Shown: positions 1 through 10,323 of the stretch, one piece after another
How positions within the stretch are numbered: position 1 is the first letter of the stretch
How the letters are laid out: each line of letters opens with the position of its first letter
Origin: Candidatus Marinacidobacterales bacterium
Lineage (GTDB): Bacteria > Acidobacteriota > Vicinamibacteria > Marinacidobacterales > SMYC01
Direction of reading: 5' to 3'
Assembly: GCA_965237955.1 (NCBI GenBank)
Contig: OZ250169.1
Span: 3,104,001-3,168,000, forward strand
DNA: 64,000 nucleotides
Translations under genes and position numbers: made by a program
Notes under the pieces: generated by a model
What the model was told of the DNA's origin: nothing
Seen by the model: the letters and a program-made list of their open reading frames with translations, nothing else
Databases searched by the model: none

Positions 1-2550
1 TGCCCGGACTTCCTGATAGACGGGGATGCCTTCGCCCGCCTCAATGGTAACCGCAACTCCGTAGCGGATACTCTGATCCAGAGAACCAGCTTGTTCCCTA
101 CAGAATATGCGAAGCAGCACGTGCCCATCATCGATGAATGACACCGCTTTGCTGCCCTCGTATCGGGTATGGAACACGGTGCCACGGGGGACCGATTTAT
201 CCGAGGGCTGACCGGCCGATCTTTTCACTCCCGCAGCGTCTTCGAATTTCGTGATGGCGCTCACTACCAGCTTCGCTCGGCGATACGCCTGATGACGAGG
301 GTTGATCGGCGAAAACCAGGTGACCGTGATCGTTACCGCTCTCGGCTCGGTGACCATTTCCAGGCTCGGCGGAAGAGGAATTCGATGGATATTCGTTTGA
401 CGGGCCTCAATGGCTCCGTGCCCGACCAGTGTCGCCCGGTTCGGAGCGCATGAGATGGCTTCCTTAACATCAGGGAACCCATACCCCAACAGACGCGCAA
501 TGTTGTCGCGTCTTACGACATGACTTCCCTGCCCATGCGGGCCATAGAGCTGGTCCAAAATGTCCGCACGGTTCCCCCATTTTGACCGATGAACGAGTAG
601 CGCCTTAATCACGACCGCGTAGAATTGCGGATCCATGTCCGTGTGCATAGACCCGCCGGCTGCATCCATCAGCGCCTCGAACAATCGATGTGCCGCTCGC
701 GTGGCGAGGGCCGTGGCAGCACTGGTTCCCTGTGTCAAGCACACGCGATCTAGATTTCCTCCGGCATCCGGAGACGCCGCGCTCAAGCCATATCGCCCCC
801 CGGGAACGACAATGAGTGTCCCGCTGCTCGCCTGAAGCCTTACATGCTCACGGCCGCCTGGCAGGTAGACATCGGGTTTGACGACCTTCCGGTGACCCAG
901 GCCCAAAGCTGAGCTTATGTTGGGAAGGTCCCCGTTTTCGTAGGGATCTGCTGCTCCCGCACCTCGAGGCGCGTTAACTGCGTCGTCATGCAATGCGCCG
1001 ACCGTGACGATGTTCAGCGCTTCCGCCGGTGACAGAAGCGTGCGACGCTCTTTTTGATCGGAGAGAGCCCGGAGCACCGCGCGCTCTCGCTCTACGGGCT
1101 CTGCATCTTCGAAACTCGTCCAGTCGGAGAAGTCGCCTATCGGCAAAGGCAGATCTATGTTTCCGGCGCTTACCAGAAAGAGAATTCCATATCGGTCGGC
1201 AAGATAATCGAGAAGTTTCGCCCAGGGGCTCATGGGACCGCTAAAGGGCCGTCTCGGATCGCCCAAGGAAAGATTCACGAGGAACACCGCCGGGGCTGTC
1301 GCTTGGCTGATCCCGTCTCCTTCCTTCATGCGTCTGATGGCGCGGTAGATCACGTCAACCAAAAGGTGATCCTGTCTTGACTGCTCACGAACGCCGTTTC
1401 CTGGCGCGTACAGGACCGGCCGCAGGTGGAGCCTGCGCTGGATCGATGGCTCGTGACGGTTTCTGTCTCCGTGCAAAATCAGCGACGCCATCGCCGTGCC
1501 GTGATAACGTTCAGTGAGGACGCTCATAGGTTCAAGGTTGTCCGCGTCGTCGACATCAAGCCTGCGGCTCAGCAGTTGGTGGTTCTGTACCGGCAGGCCG
1601 TCGAGTAGCGCCGCAATGGGCGACAGATCGCCGGGAGATTCCACGGGAGCCCTCGATCCAGCTTCGGTTTCATCGGCCGGTTCCGGAACATCGACCGACG
1701 ATTGCGGGCGCAGAAACATCGCGTCGTCGCAGACCGCCAGAGGGATCTCCTCGCGGGCAATCAGACGCTCGATTTCAGAAGACGGCAGGTCGATCAGCGC
1801 CGCTTCGTAACCAATTTCCTCAATGACCGCATGATCGACGACGTTCCCGCCAGCACTGGAAATGGCCTCCTCGAGTCGTCGGTATGCCATTTCTCTGAGC
1901 GACATGCTCTCCCGAAACCACAATTCCACTTCGATCCGGCGTATGGCTGTTGGATCGGCTTCGACCTCCTCACGCCAGCACTCTATGGTCTCATCCGTAA
2001 GCCTATCGACCGGACCCCACGGTCGAATGTCCTTCAAACCCGCAAACAGGTCCCGCCATCGCCCCCAACCGGAGGGAAGATCCCTTTCGCGCTGCCAACG
2101 ATTCCACAACGACAGCAATTCCCTCAGCGCACTAACATCGGGCATGGCGAGATAGAGCCGTCCGCCGACCGGCTTGTCCGTTCGAGGTTGTCCCCTCTTA
2201 CCCTTGCGGGTATCTACCTTGAAAAAATCGTCGTCCGGCTCGAACTCCATCTCTTCGTCGGCAAGAAATTCCAAGCCTTTCACTTGCTTCACGAGTGCGT
2301 AGAAATCACCAATCGACCCGGCGACCTCCAACACGAGCGCACGCTCAGGTGCGATGCGCGATGCATCGTCACGGAGCGAAAGCCCATTGCGGTCCGCCTC
2401 CAAAACGCTCTGGAGGCGTTCGAATTTCGATCCGAGACGTTGCCCCTGCCTCTCTGGGGTCAATCTTGGAAAATCTGGTGGGAAAGATGACGACTTCGGC
2501 GAGTCACCCTGCTCGAATCTCGGCAGGGGCAGAAGCGGATACTCCGGCAT
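1..2550 (-). CDS. S8 (subtilisin-like) serine peptidase, IetS-like; 3' end runs off the window
   Basis: Not in the ORF track. Segments read manually from ATG 2550 (MPEYPLLPLPRFEQ...) include YHGTAMASLILHGD and QGTSAATALATRAAH catalytic motifs; directly downstream of an AAA ATPase. Confidence 0.85.
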   Translation of the reverse strand, partial: MPEYPLLPLPRFEQGDSPKSSSFPPDFPRLTPERQGQRLGSKFERLQSVLEADRNGLSLRDDASRIAPERALVLEVAGSIGDFYALVKQVKGLEFLADEEMEFEPDDDFFKVDTRKGKRGQPRTDKPVGGRLYLAMPDVSALRELLSLWNRWQRERDLPSGWGRWRDLFAGLKDIRPWGPVDRLTDETIECWREEVEADPTAIRRIEVELWFRESMSLREMAYRRLEEAISSAGGNVVDHAVIEEIGYEAALIDLPSSEIERLIAREEIPLAVCDDAMFLRPQSSVDVPEPADETEAGSRAPVESPGDLSPIAALLDGLPVQNHQLLSRRLDVDDADNLEPMSVLTERYHGTAMASLILHGDRNRHEPSIQRRLHLRPVLYAPGNGVREQSRQDHLLVDVIYRAIRRMKEGDGISQATAPAVFLVNLSLGDPRRPFSGPMSPWAKLLDYLADRYGILFLVSAGNIDLPLPIGDFSDWTSFEDAEPVERERAVLRALSDQKERRTLLSPAEALNIVTVGALHDDAVNAPRGAGAADPYENGDLPNISSALGLGHRKVVKPDVYLPGGREHVRLQASSGTLIVVPGGRYGLSAASPDAGGNLDRVCLTQGTSAATALATRAAHRLFEALMDAAGGSMHTDMDPQFYAVVIKALLVHRSKWGNRADILDQLYGPHGQGSHVVRRDNIARLLGYGFPDVKEAISCAPNRATLVGHGAIEARQTNIHRIPLPPSLEMVTEPRAVTITVTWFSPINPRHQAYRRAKLVVSAITKFEDAAGVKRSAGQPSDKSVPRGTVFHTRYEGSKAVSFIDDGHVLLRIFCREQAGSLDQSIRYGVAVTIEAGEGIPVYQEVRA

Positions 2551-2557
2551 GAGCGGC

Positions 2558-3538
2558 TCAGGTGGCGTCCGGTTGACGCGCTCTCGCCTCCCACAGCTTT
2601 AACTGTTCGTCGACAATTGTTTTTAAGGGTTTCTCGCCCATTGACAATGTATGGCGTCTGCAGACGCCGTAGCAGAACTCTTCCGCTTCCGCATAGCTGA
2701 TCTTGCCCAGGGACTTGGCTATCGTTTCCGCGCTGAGCCCCAGGGGCTCGTCCACCCTGCTCGCAAACGCTTCGAGGTAACTGCAGATTTGAGCCCGTGT
2801 CGGAGCTGGCAACTCCAAACGGAGTTGGAAGCGCCGCCAGACGGCACGGTCGAGAAGCTCCGAATGGTTGGACGCCGTTACGACTACCGTATAGCTCGGC
2901 AGGTCATCAATTTGCATCAACAACGACGTCACCACGCGCTTGATTTCACCCGTCTCGTTCACGTCGCCGCGTTCCTTGCCCACGGCATCAAACTCGTCGA
3001 AGAAAAGGACGCACGGCGTCGTCCGCGCGTAATCGAAGACGCGCCTCAGACGGCTCGCCGTCTCGCCCAGGAAACTGCCGATAATCGCATCGTAACGAAC
3101 GACGAAAAACTGAACTGCAAGCGCCTCCGCAATAGCCTCGGCCAATGAAGTTTTCCCGTTGCCTGGCGGACCCACCAGCAGCACTCGGTGGCGTGGCTCC
3201 AGGCTGTGCGAACGCAACAAATCGGCGCGGTGTTGTTCTTCGACAAGCTCGCGGCACGCCCGCTCACAGAGATCGGACAAAAAGAGGTCTTCAAAACGTT
3301 TTCGAGGCGGGACTTCCAGAACGTAGTCCCGGGCGCGCATGGCGGGCTCCACCGCGACGAATCCGGTGGGACTACCGTTGCGGTTGTCTCGCAACACGCG
3401 CGTCAAGCGCTCGGCAAGAACATTGTGCTGTTTGGCGCGCTCTTCCGCGATGATCGCTTCAACGGTGGCGGTCAGTTCTTTCCTGTCCCCCGAGGCACCC
3501 GCCCGGACGAGAGACACAAGAAGGTCGCTACGAGCCAT
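2558..3538 (-). CDS. AAA+ ATPase, IetA-like partner of the S8 peptidase
   Basis: Walker A GPPGNGKT, Walker B FFDEFD, LDRAVWRRF; GGAGGAGG RBS before ATG 3538. Confidence 0.9.
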   Translation of the reverse strand: MARSDLLVSLVRAGASGDRKELTATVEAIIAEERAKQHNVLAERLTRVLRDNRNGSPTGFVAVEPAMRARDYVLEVPPRKRFEDLFLSDLCERACRELVEEQHRADLLRSHSLEPRHRVLLVGPPGNGKTSLAEAIAEALAVQFFVVRYDAIIGSFLGETASRLRRVFDYARTTPCVLFFDEFDAVGKERGDVNETGEIKRVVTSLLMQIDDLPSYTVVVTASNHSELLDRAVWRRFQLRLELPAPTRAQICSYLEAFASRVDEPLGLSAETIAKSLGKISYAEAEEFCYGVCRRHTLSMGEKPLKTIVDEQLKLWEARARQPDAT

Positions 3539-3613
3539 TCCGCCTCCTCCGGCGATCCTTTCCCTGCCGTGCCCGTTTCGAGCAGATCGCCCCATTCCTG
3601 GTATCTGACAACC

Positions 3614-3810
3614 TTAACCCTAATCGCAAAATCTTCGAAGCACGAAAACGCGAAACAGCCGCACTGGGCGCAGGCGAGAAGCTCGTGCTGGGGCACCCGC
3701 TCGCCGCCACTATAGGTGATTCTGCACGGTGTATGCAGAGCCTGGAAAAGGTGCTATTCACGGAGCCAAAGACCTCAGACACGGTGACGTTTATTTGCGA
3801 TTAGGGTTAA
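3614..3810. mobile_element. MITE (~195 bp), copy 1
   Basis: Terminal inverted repeats ACCCTAATCGCAAA...TTTGCGATTAGGGT with TTAA at both edges; no transposase ORF. Confidence 0.8.
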
Positions 3811-3905
3811 GTCATACATCACGGAGGAATTAGCTACTTCGAGCCAGCATATTCTCGCCATCATGCGCGGTGCTGTCAAGTTAGCGGGGCGCAATCGACT
3901 TCCGT

Positions 3906-4370
3906 TCATGCGGAGCGGTATGCCCAGAAGGCATCCCAAGTCCCGGTGCTGCGGTAGACGGAGCGCAGGGCCAACATGGCGTCTGCACCGCGGGCACGCC
4001 AGCGCATTCCCGAACGCTTCATTCGCTGCTGAACCACGTGATTCACAGCGCTCTCCACCGCGCCGCTGCCGATGTCATAACCGCTGTGGCGAAAGCTTTT
4101 GTAGAACATCCTCTGGCGATTGTTCTCGAGGTAGCTCTCTAGCTCGTCTATCTGTTTACGTTTTTCCGCAGAGCGCTGGCCTCTCTTGACGAACCCCAAG
4201 CCTTGGATGACTTTGTCCACCTCGTCTTCCCACAGCCGAGCGAGCTGGACCTTACGCCATTTCTTGGCTTTGTCCGTCCCGTCACCATAGAGCACTCGCG
4301 CCAGGTGACTGATGTGTTCGTCCGCATGATACCAATCAAGGATCTCTACTCGGTCCGGGAACAGCCTGTG
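3906..4370 (-). pseudogene. ISKra4/ISLre2-like transposase, C-terminal fragment
   Basis: IGSGAVESAVNHVVQQRMKRSGMRW motif; 5' part cut by MITE copy 2. Confidence 0.75.
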
Positions 4371-4374
4371 CCTT

Positions 4375-4571
4375 CTAACCCTAATCGCAAATAAACGTCA
4401 CCGTGTCTGAGGTCTTTGGCCCCGTGAATAGCACCTTTTCCAGGTTCTGCATACACCGTGCAGAATCACCTATAGTGGCGGCGAGCGGGTGCCCCAGCAC
4501 GAGCTTCTCGCCTGCGCCCAGTGCGGCTGTTTCGCGTTTTCGTGCTTCGAAGATTTTGCGATTAGGGCTAA
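4375..4571. mobile_element. MITE copy 2, inverted relative to copy 1
   Basis: Near-identical reverse complement of 3614-3810. Confidence 0.8.
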
Positions 4572-4734
4572 TTATTCATCCGCGCGCCCGGAACTTGATT
4601 AGTCTCCGGTCTGCCGGCACCATGCCGGCATGATTTCGTCGTTGGTTCCCGCTCTCATCTCTTGTGTTCCGCAAAAAGTCGATCCGGCGGTACGCGGTCT
4701 TCTTTTTTGCAGATCGCAGCTCCGGCGTCGCCCG

Positions 4735-4925
4735 GCAGGTGGCGATGAAGCCAGGCAAGCGTCGCCTGCTCGGCAGGGACGGCGCCGAGGCGGCGGAGAA
4801 GTGCACAGCGTCGGTACGGGCGCAGGTGGAGCATCCGTTCCTATACGTGAAGCGGCACTTCGGGTACCGCAAGGTCCGCTACCGGGGGCTGGCGAAGAAC
4901 ACGCAGCGCATCGCTCTGCTGCCCG
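4735..4925 (+). pseudogene. IS5-family transposase C-terminal fragment
   Basis: SVRAQVEHPFLYVKRHFGYRKVRYRGLAKN. Confidence 0.75.
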
Positions 4926-5301
4926 CTCGATGGCGACCAGGTGCGCGATGACCTCGACGGCCTCGGCCGCCTTCGCCCTGCGCGCGAGCTGGTTCAGGTT
5001 GTTGCCGATGAGACACTAAGTTGCTGGTTTATGGCCTATTTCAAAAGGGCCGAGTTTTGGCACAGGACGGGCGCGATCTCTTCCCAACGCTCCAGTTGTG
5101 CGAGCAGCATGTACTGTTGCCAGCGCGCTTTGCCGTCGCCGCCCGATTCGGCATTCCGAAGATCGGCCAAGGCGTGTTCGATGCCGGTTTCCAGGTCGAG
5201 GGACGGCTCATGCCTAGACTCCATCGCTGTCAACTGAGATTGCCAGAAATCCCAGAGGGGTTGTGCTGAATCACGGATGAACAGCTCCTTCGTTCGCTCA
5301 A

Positions 5302-8266
5302 GAATCCCGCGGTCGAGCTGCTTGATTTCCTCGGCTACACCTACGTTCCACCCGAATCCCTTGAAGGCGAACGCCAGGGCTTTAAGGAAACGAACCTCAC
5401 CGGACGCCTCGCATCGGCCCTTAAGCGACTGAATCCCTGGCTCTCCGAAACGAATGTCGCCAAGGCAGTGAAGACGGTGACGCACGTCGCTGCGGCCAGT
5501 CTCACGGAGGCGAACGAGAAAGTCTATACATCGCTCACCTACGGCATCGCGTTGGAGCAGGATCGGGGCGACGGACGGAAAAGCCATACAGTCCGGTTCT
5601 TCGACTTCGATCGGCCTGACCGCAACGAATGGATTGTTACCCGTCAGTACAAGGTGCTCGGGTCGAAGAAGCACATCGTCCCGGATGTCGTGGTGTTCGT
5701 CAACGGCCTCCCGCTCGCCGTCATCGAATGCAAGAGCCCGACCATCGGCGATGCCTGGAAGGCGAAGGCGATCCAGCAGCTCCACCGGTACCAGGAGGCT
5801 GGCACGCAGTGGAAGGACCAGGGGGCACCGAGGCTCTGCGAGGTGGCGCAGATTCTCGTCGGAACCTGTGGCGAACGGGCCGTCTACGGAACGGTCGGCA
5901 CGCCGGAGCGGTTCTTCCTGAAATGGAAGGAGCCGTACCCTCTAAGCGTAAAGCAACTCGGTGAGCGGCTCGGGCGCAAGCCAACGCCGCAGGACGTCTT
6001 GCTGTATGGATTACTCGAGCCGCGCAATCTGCTCGACATCGTGCGGAACTTCGTCGTTTTCGAGGTCGAAGGCGGCCGGAGCGTCCGCAAACTGGCACGC
6101 TATAAGCAGTTCATCGCCGTGAACGAGGCCATGGGCCGGATTCGTACGGCTCGGAAGCCTAGCGAGCGCGGCGGTATCGTTTGGCACACACAGGGTTCGG
6201 GCAAGAGCCTGACGATGCTATGGCTTGCACTCAAGCTCCGGCGTGACGCTGCCCAGCAGCAGCCTACCATTGTGATCGTCACCGACCGCACCAAGCTCGA
6301 TCGGCAGATTGCGGGCGTGTTCACTGCGTGCGGGTTCCCGAATCCCGAGCGGGCATACAGTGTGCGCGAGCTGCGGCGAATCCTGGAACATCCGACCGGC
6401 AGGACGGTGATGACCACGATCCAGAAGTTCCAGGAGATCACCGACACCGACCAGCGGGGGGCGGTCCACCCGACACTGTCCGAGGCCACCAACATCTTCG
6501 TCATGGTGGACGAAGCCCACCGCACGCAGTACAGGAGCCTGGCGGCGAACATGCGGCAGGCGCTGCCCAATGCGTGCTTTCTCGGCTTCACCGGCACGCC
6601 AATCGATAAGAAGGACCGCAGCACGCTGCGGACGTTCGGTCCTTACATCGATACCTACACGATTGAGCAGGCAGTTCAGGACGGGGCAACGGTGCCGATC
6701 TTCTACGAGAGTCGGCTCCCCGAGCTGCAGATCATCGGACAGACCATCGATCAGGTATTCGAGCGTGTATTTGCCGATTACACCGAGGACGAACGGACCG
6801 CTATCAAGCAGCGGTTTGCCACCGAGCAAGCGATTGCCGGCGCACCGCGTCGCATCGAGACGATTTGCCTGGACCTGATTGACCATTTCACCAGGTTCAT
6901 CGCACCGAATCGATTCAAGGCCCAGGTGGTGACCACGAGCCGCCACGCTGCGGTCACCTATAAGGAGACCCTGGACCGGCTGAACGGCCCTGAATCGGCT
7001 CTGATCGTGTCGTCGAGCAACAACGACGAGGAACGGCTGGCGCGCTGGCATCTGGGCAAGGAGCAACAAGACCGGCTCATCGAACGGTTCAAGGATCGGA
7101 ACGACCCGCTGTCCATTCTGGTGGTTTGCGACATGCTGTTGACCGGTTTCGACGCGCCGGTCGAGCAGGTCATGTATCTCGATGCGCCGCTCAAGGAACA
7201 CACGCTTCTGCAAGCCATCGCCCGGGTGAACCGGCCGCTCGGAGAGGAGAAGACCTACGGTTTGGTCGTGGACTACTGGGGCGTGTCGGCGAAGCTGCGG
7301 GATGCGCTCGCTGTCTTCTCGACCACGCATGTCCAAGAGGCGCTCATGCCAAAGGTGGACGAGTTGCCGCGTCTTCAGAGTCGGCATGCGGCGGCGATGA
7401 AGTTCTTCCGGATGGTCGAAGACACGAGCGACCTGGAAGCCTGTGTGCGGGTGCTGGAGCCGAAGGATGTCCGTGCGGAGTTCGACCTTGCGTTCCGCCG
7501 CTTCAGCCAGTCGATGGATATGATGCTGCCGGAGCAGCGTGCCCTCGCGTATAACACCGACCTGCGCTGGCTGGGAAAGATTCGTGGAACCGCGCGTGCC
7601 CGCTACCGGGATGACCGGCTCGACCTGTCGGGCTGCGGCGAGAAAGTGCGGAAGCTGATTGCCGACGCCGTAGTCGCGGACGGAATTCAGATCCTGGTCA
7701 CGAAGGTCCAGCTTTTCTCGCCGGAGTTTGAAGAGAAGGTCAATGCGCTCAAGACTGACGAGGCGAAGGCGAGCGAGATGGAGCACGCCATCCGTCACGA
7801 GATCAACGTCCGCGTGGAAGAAAACCCAGCCTTCTATCAGTCGCTGCGCGAACGGTTGGAAGAGATCATTGAACAGCGGCGGCTGGAACGGCTCGATGCC
7901 GCCAAGCAGCTGTCGCTTCTCAACAGCCTGCGCGAAGAACTGAAGGGCGAGCAGGCTCGGGCACAGGACATGGGGCTCGACGGGCGTGGCTTTGCCATCT
8001 ACGGGCTGCTGGAGCGGCAACGTCCGATGGCAGAAGGGGGAGATTCCACTTCGTACAACGCCGCCAACCGCGACCTCGCATCGCTCATCGACGAGGCGGC
8101 GGCACCCTTCACGGAGCTGGTCGACTGGTGGCAGAAGGATGACCTGCAGCGGCAGATGCGTAGCCAGATCAAGCGTCAGCTACGTGCCAGCGGCATCGCC
8201 GCCGAAGCAGTGGAATCGCTGGCGGCGGAAATTGTGGACTTGGCCAAGGTGAGAACCGACCGATGA
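5302..8266 (+). CDS. hsdR: Type I restriction endonuclease subunit R; extreme N-terminus apparently lost
   Basis: PDVV..IECK nuclease motif, WHTQGSGKS, DEAHR, GFTGTP, MLLTGFDAP, QAIARVNR. The frame is open upstream of GTG 5468 with HsdR-like NPAVELLDFLGYTY but has no ATG. Confidence 0.9.
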
Positions 8267-8991
8267 GCACCCCGGAGACCTCTGCCATCGTCTGGGGTAA
8301 CAGACAACTGTCCTACAACATCCGCCGCAGCGCCCGTCGGAAGAAGACGGTGGCCGTGACGGTAGAGCCCTCCGGGAGTGTCCTGGTGATCGCTCCGGAA
8401 CGCCTTGCCACCGACCGACTCGACGCAATTGTGACCCGCAAGGCGGAATGGATCGTGCGACGCCTCCGGCGTGCGGAAGGCCAGGCTCCGCGCGCTTCGC
8501 CGCGCGAGTTCGTCAGCGGGGAGAGTGTCCTGTACCTGGGGCGGCACTACCGCTTGAAGGTCGATCCGCGCGCGACCGGTGAGGCGAAGCTGCGCGGCGG
8601 ATGGCTGCACGTACCCGCGCTGGGGGAAACGCATCAGACCGCTCACGTGCGAGCCGCTTTGGTGTCCTGGTTCCGCCGTCAAGCCGCCGAACGGCTTCCG
8701 GAACGGATGGAGGCATGGCGGTCGAAGGTGGGTACTCCAGTGCCCCGCGTCATCGTCGCGGACCAACAGAAACGCTGGGGAAGCTGCAACCAGCGTGACA
8801 CCATTCGGCTGAACTGGCGCATCATCCAGGCGCCGATGCGGCTCATCGACTACGTCCTCGTCCACGAGCTGGTGCATCTGCGCCACCGCGGCCACAGTCG
8901 CAGCTACTGGTAGGCCGTCGGACGGGTTATGCCGGACTACGAGCGGCGCCGAGAGGAACTGCGGCAGTGCGGACCCGGGTTGGCGTGGTAG
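8263..8991 (+). pseudogene. M48/YgjP-like (DUF45) metallopeptidase with premature TAG at 8911
   Basis: KRWGSC and VHELVHL motifs; homologous-looking tail AVGRVMPDYERRREEL continues in frame to TAG 8989-8991. Confidence 0.8.
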
Positions 8992-10323
8992 GAATAACAG
9001 CGGCTTCCTGCTGCTCCAGCGTGGTCATTAGCAAGCGTAACGTTTGGGCCGAACGGGCCTGAGCCGACGGTTTCGGAAAATCTTGCAATTTGGACAGAAG
9101 GGCTGATTTCCCAAGAAAGGCCGATCAACAACGGGCCGAAGAGCGACGATGGACGGGATGCTCTCAAGCCTTGCCGTATCCTGGTGGATACAAACTCCGA
9201 GGCATCCGAGGCAAGTGAGGGTATCAATGAAGCCCAGGCACACCTGGACCAGAACGTGCTAGCCCGCTACGCCACGGTAGCGCCGGCCTCGATTCTGGGC
9301 CTCGCGGGAGGCCTCTTTTCCGCTGCCGCACGGCCCCCGGTCAGCGCCCGCTCCCCCCTTTGGCGCAAACGTGGCACTCGAAAATCGCGATTAGAGACCA
9401 ATACCGAAAATGAGGCCTGTTCAGCCCTTCTAGCGCGTCTCTGGTGCCACCTACCCCTGCAAAACCCCGCCAACCGCGCGGAAAATCTCACCCGTCTCTG
9501 CAGTGCCACAATTGGCCAGACTGAGTGGCGGATGGTGCAGTCTCGAGCCATCCGGTCTCGGCAAAAGGTATTTTGGCAATTTTGGGAGTCAGGATCGAAC
9601 TTTTGGCCGTGCGCGTGGTTGGGGCAATGTAGCGAAAACTCAGAGAAGCCCTGATGCCCACAGCGTTCTATCCTGTTTTGTTACAGTGACTTAACGGAAG
9701 CCACCACGTGCTGGTCCCCGCACATCTCATCGCGGGTGCTCGTTCCGAGCCGGAATCGAATTTGCTTCAATCAAATTTCTTGTACGGCAATCTCAACCTC
9801 CTGGACGCTTGAAAGAGGGCCGTGTCGTAAACCCTCCGGAGGCGGCTCCGACCGTTACTCATTGTCGCAAAAGGCTTTACGTCTCATCAGCGAATGTTCG
9901 TCGACGGGAACATCTTTCCGGCTATCGCAGTCAGGAGGCTCGAGTGGAGCTTCCGATTCTTGGCTGGAAACGATCAGAAACAGAGCTAAACAGGCCATTA
10001 ACGTGCAATTTGGTGCGATTTTGGGGCTTATCGGGCCGTTTTTCTACTTAATCGCGCAGATAATGAGAAGACGCTTAACGCCTAGATCGCGCCTGAGGAG
10101 AAGGCGAATAGCGGAATTCGAATTGGCCAAACCTCGAATTCATCCAGCGGAGTTTTACGGAGGAAACGAAGATGACTCCGCAGACGGTCCAGTACAAGGA
10201 GCTATCCGAGTCTGGAAACCATGACAGGGAATTTGGGCCAGTTTGAGGCTGATTGGTGGAGGCCAGTGTCGGAGAGCAGCTTGCTGCTAACCGAGCCCAT
10301 TCACGAAGTGGGCGCTGGCAGGC

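Noticed and set aside
1702-2490. Long + strand ORF, and similar ones such as 6218-8020, 37035-38099 and 60995-62314
   Set aside because: Antisense shadows of well-supported genes in high-GC DNA.
8911-8913. Amber recoding (pyrrolysine or alternative code)
   Set aside because: TAG ends normal genes here (e.g. NSS transporter, comF) and no pyl genes are in the window.
9512-9560. tRNA gene
   Set aside because: Only a TCCGCCA-like end and one hairpin; no cloverleaf or T-loop consensus.
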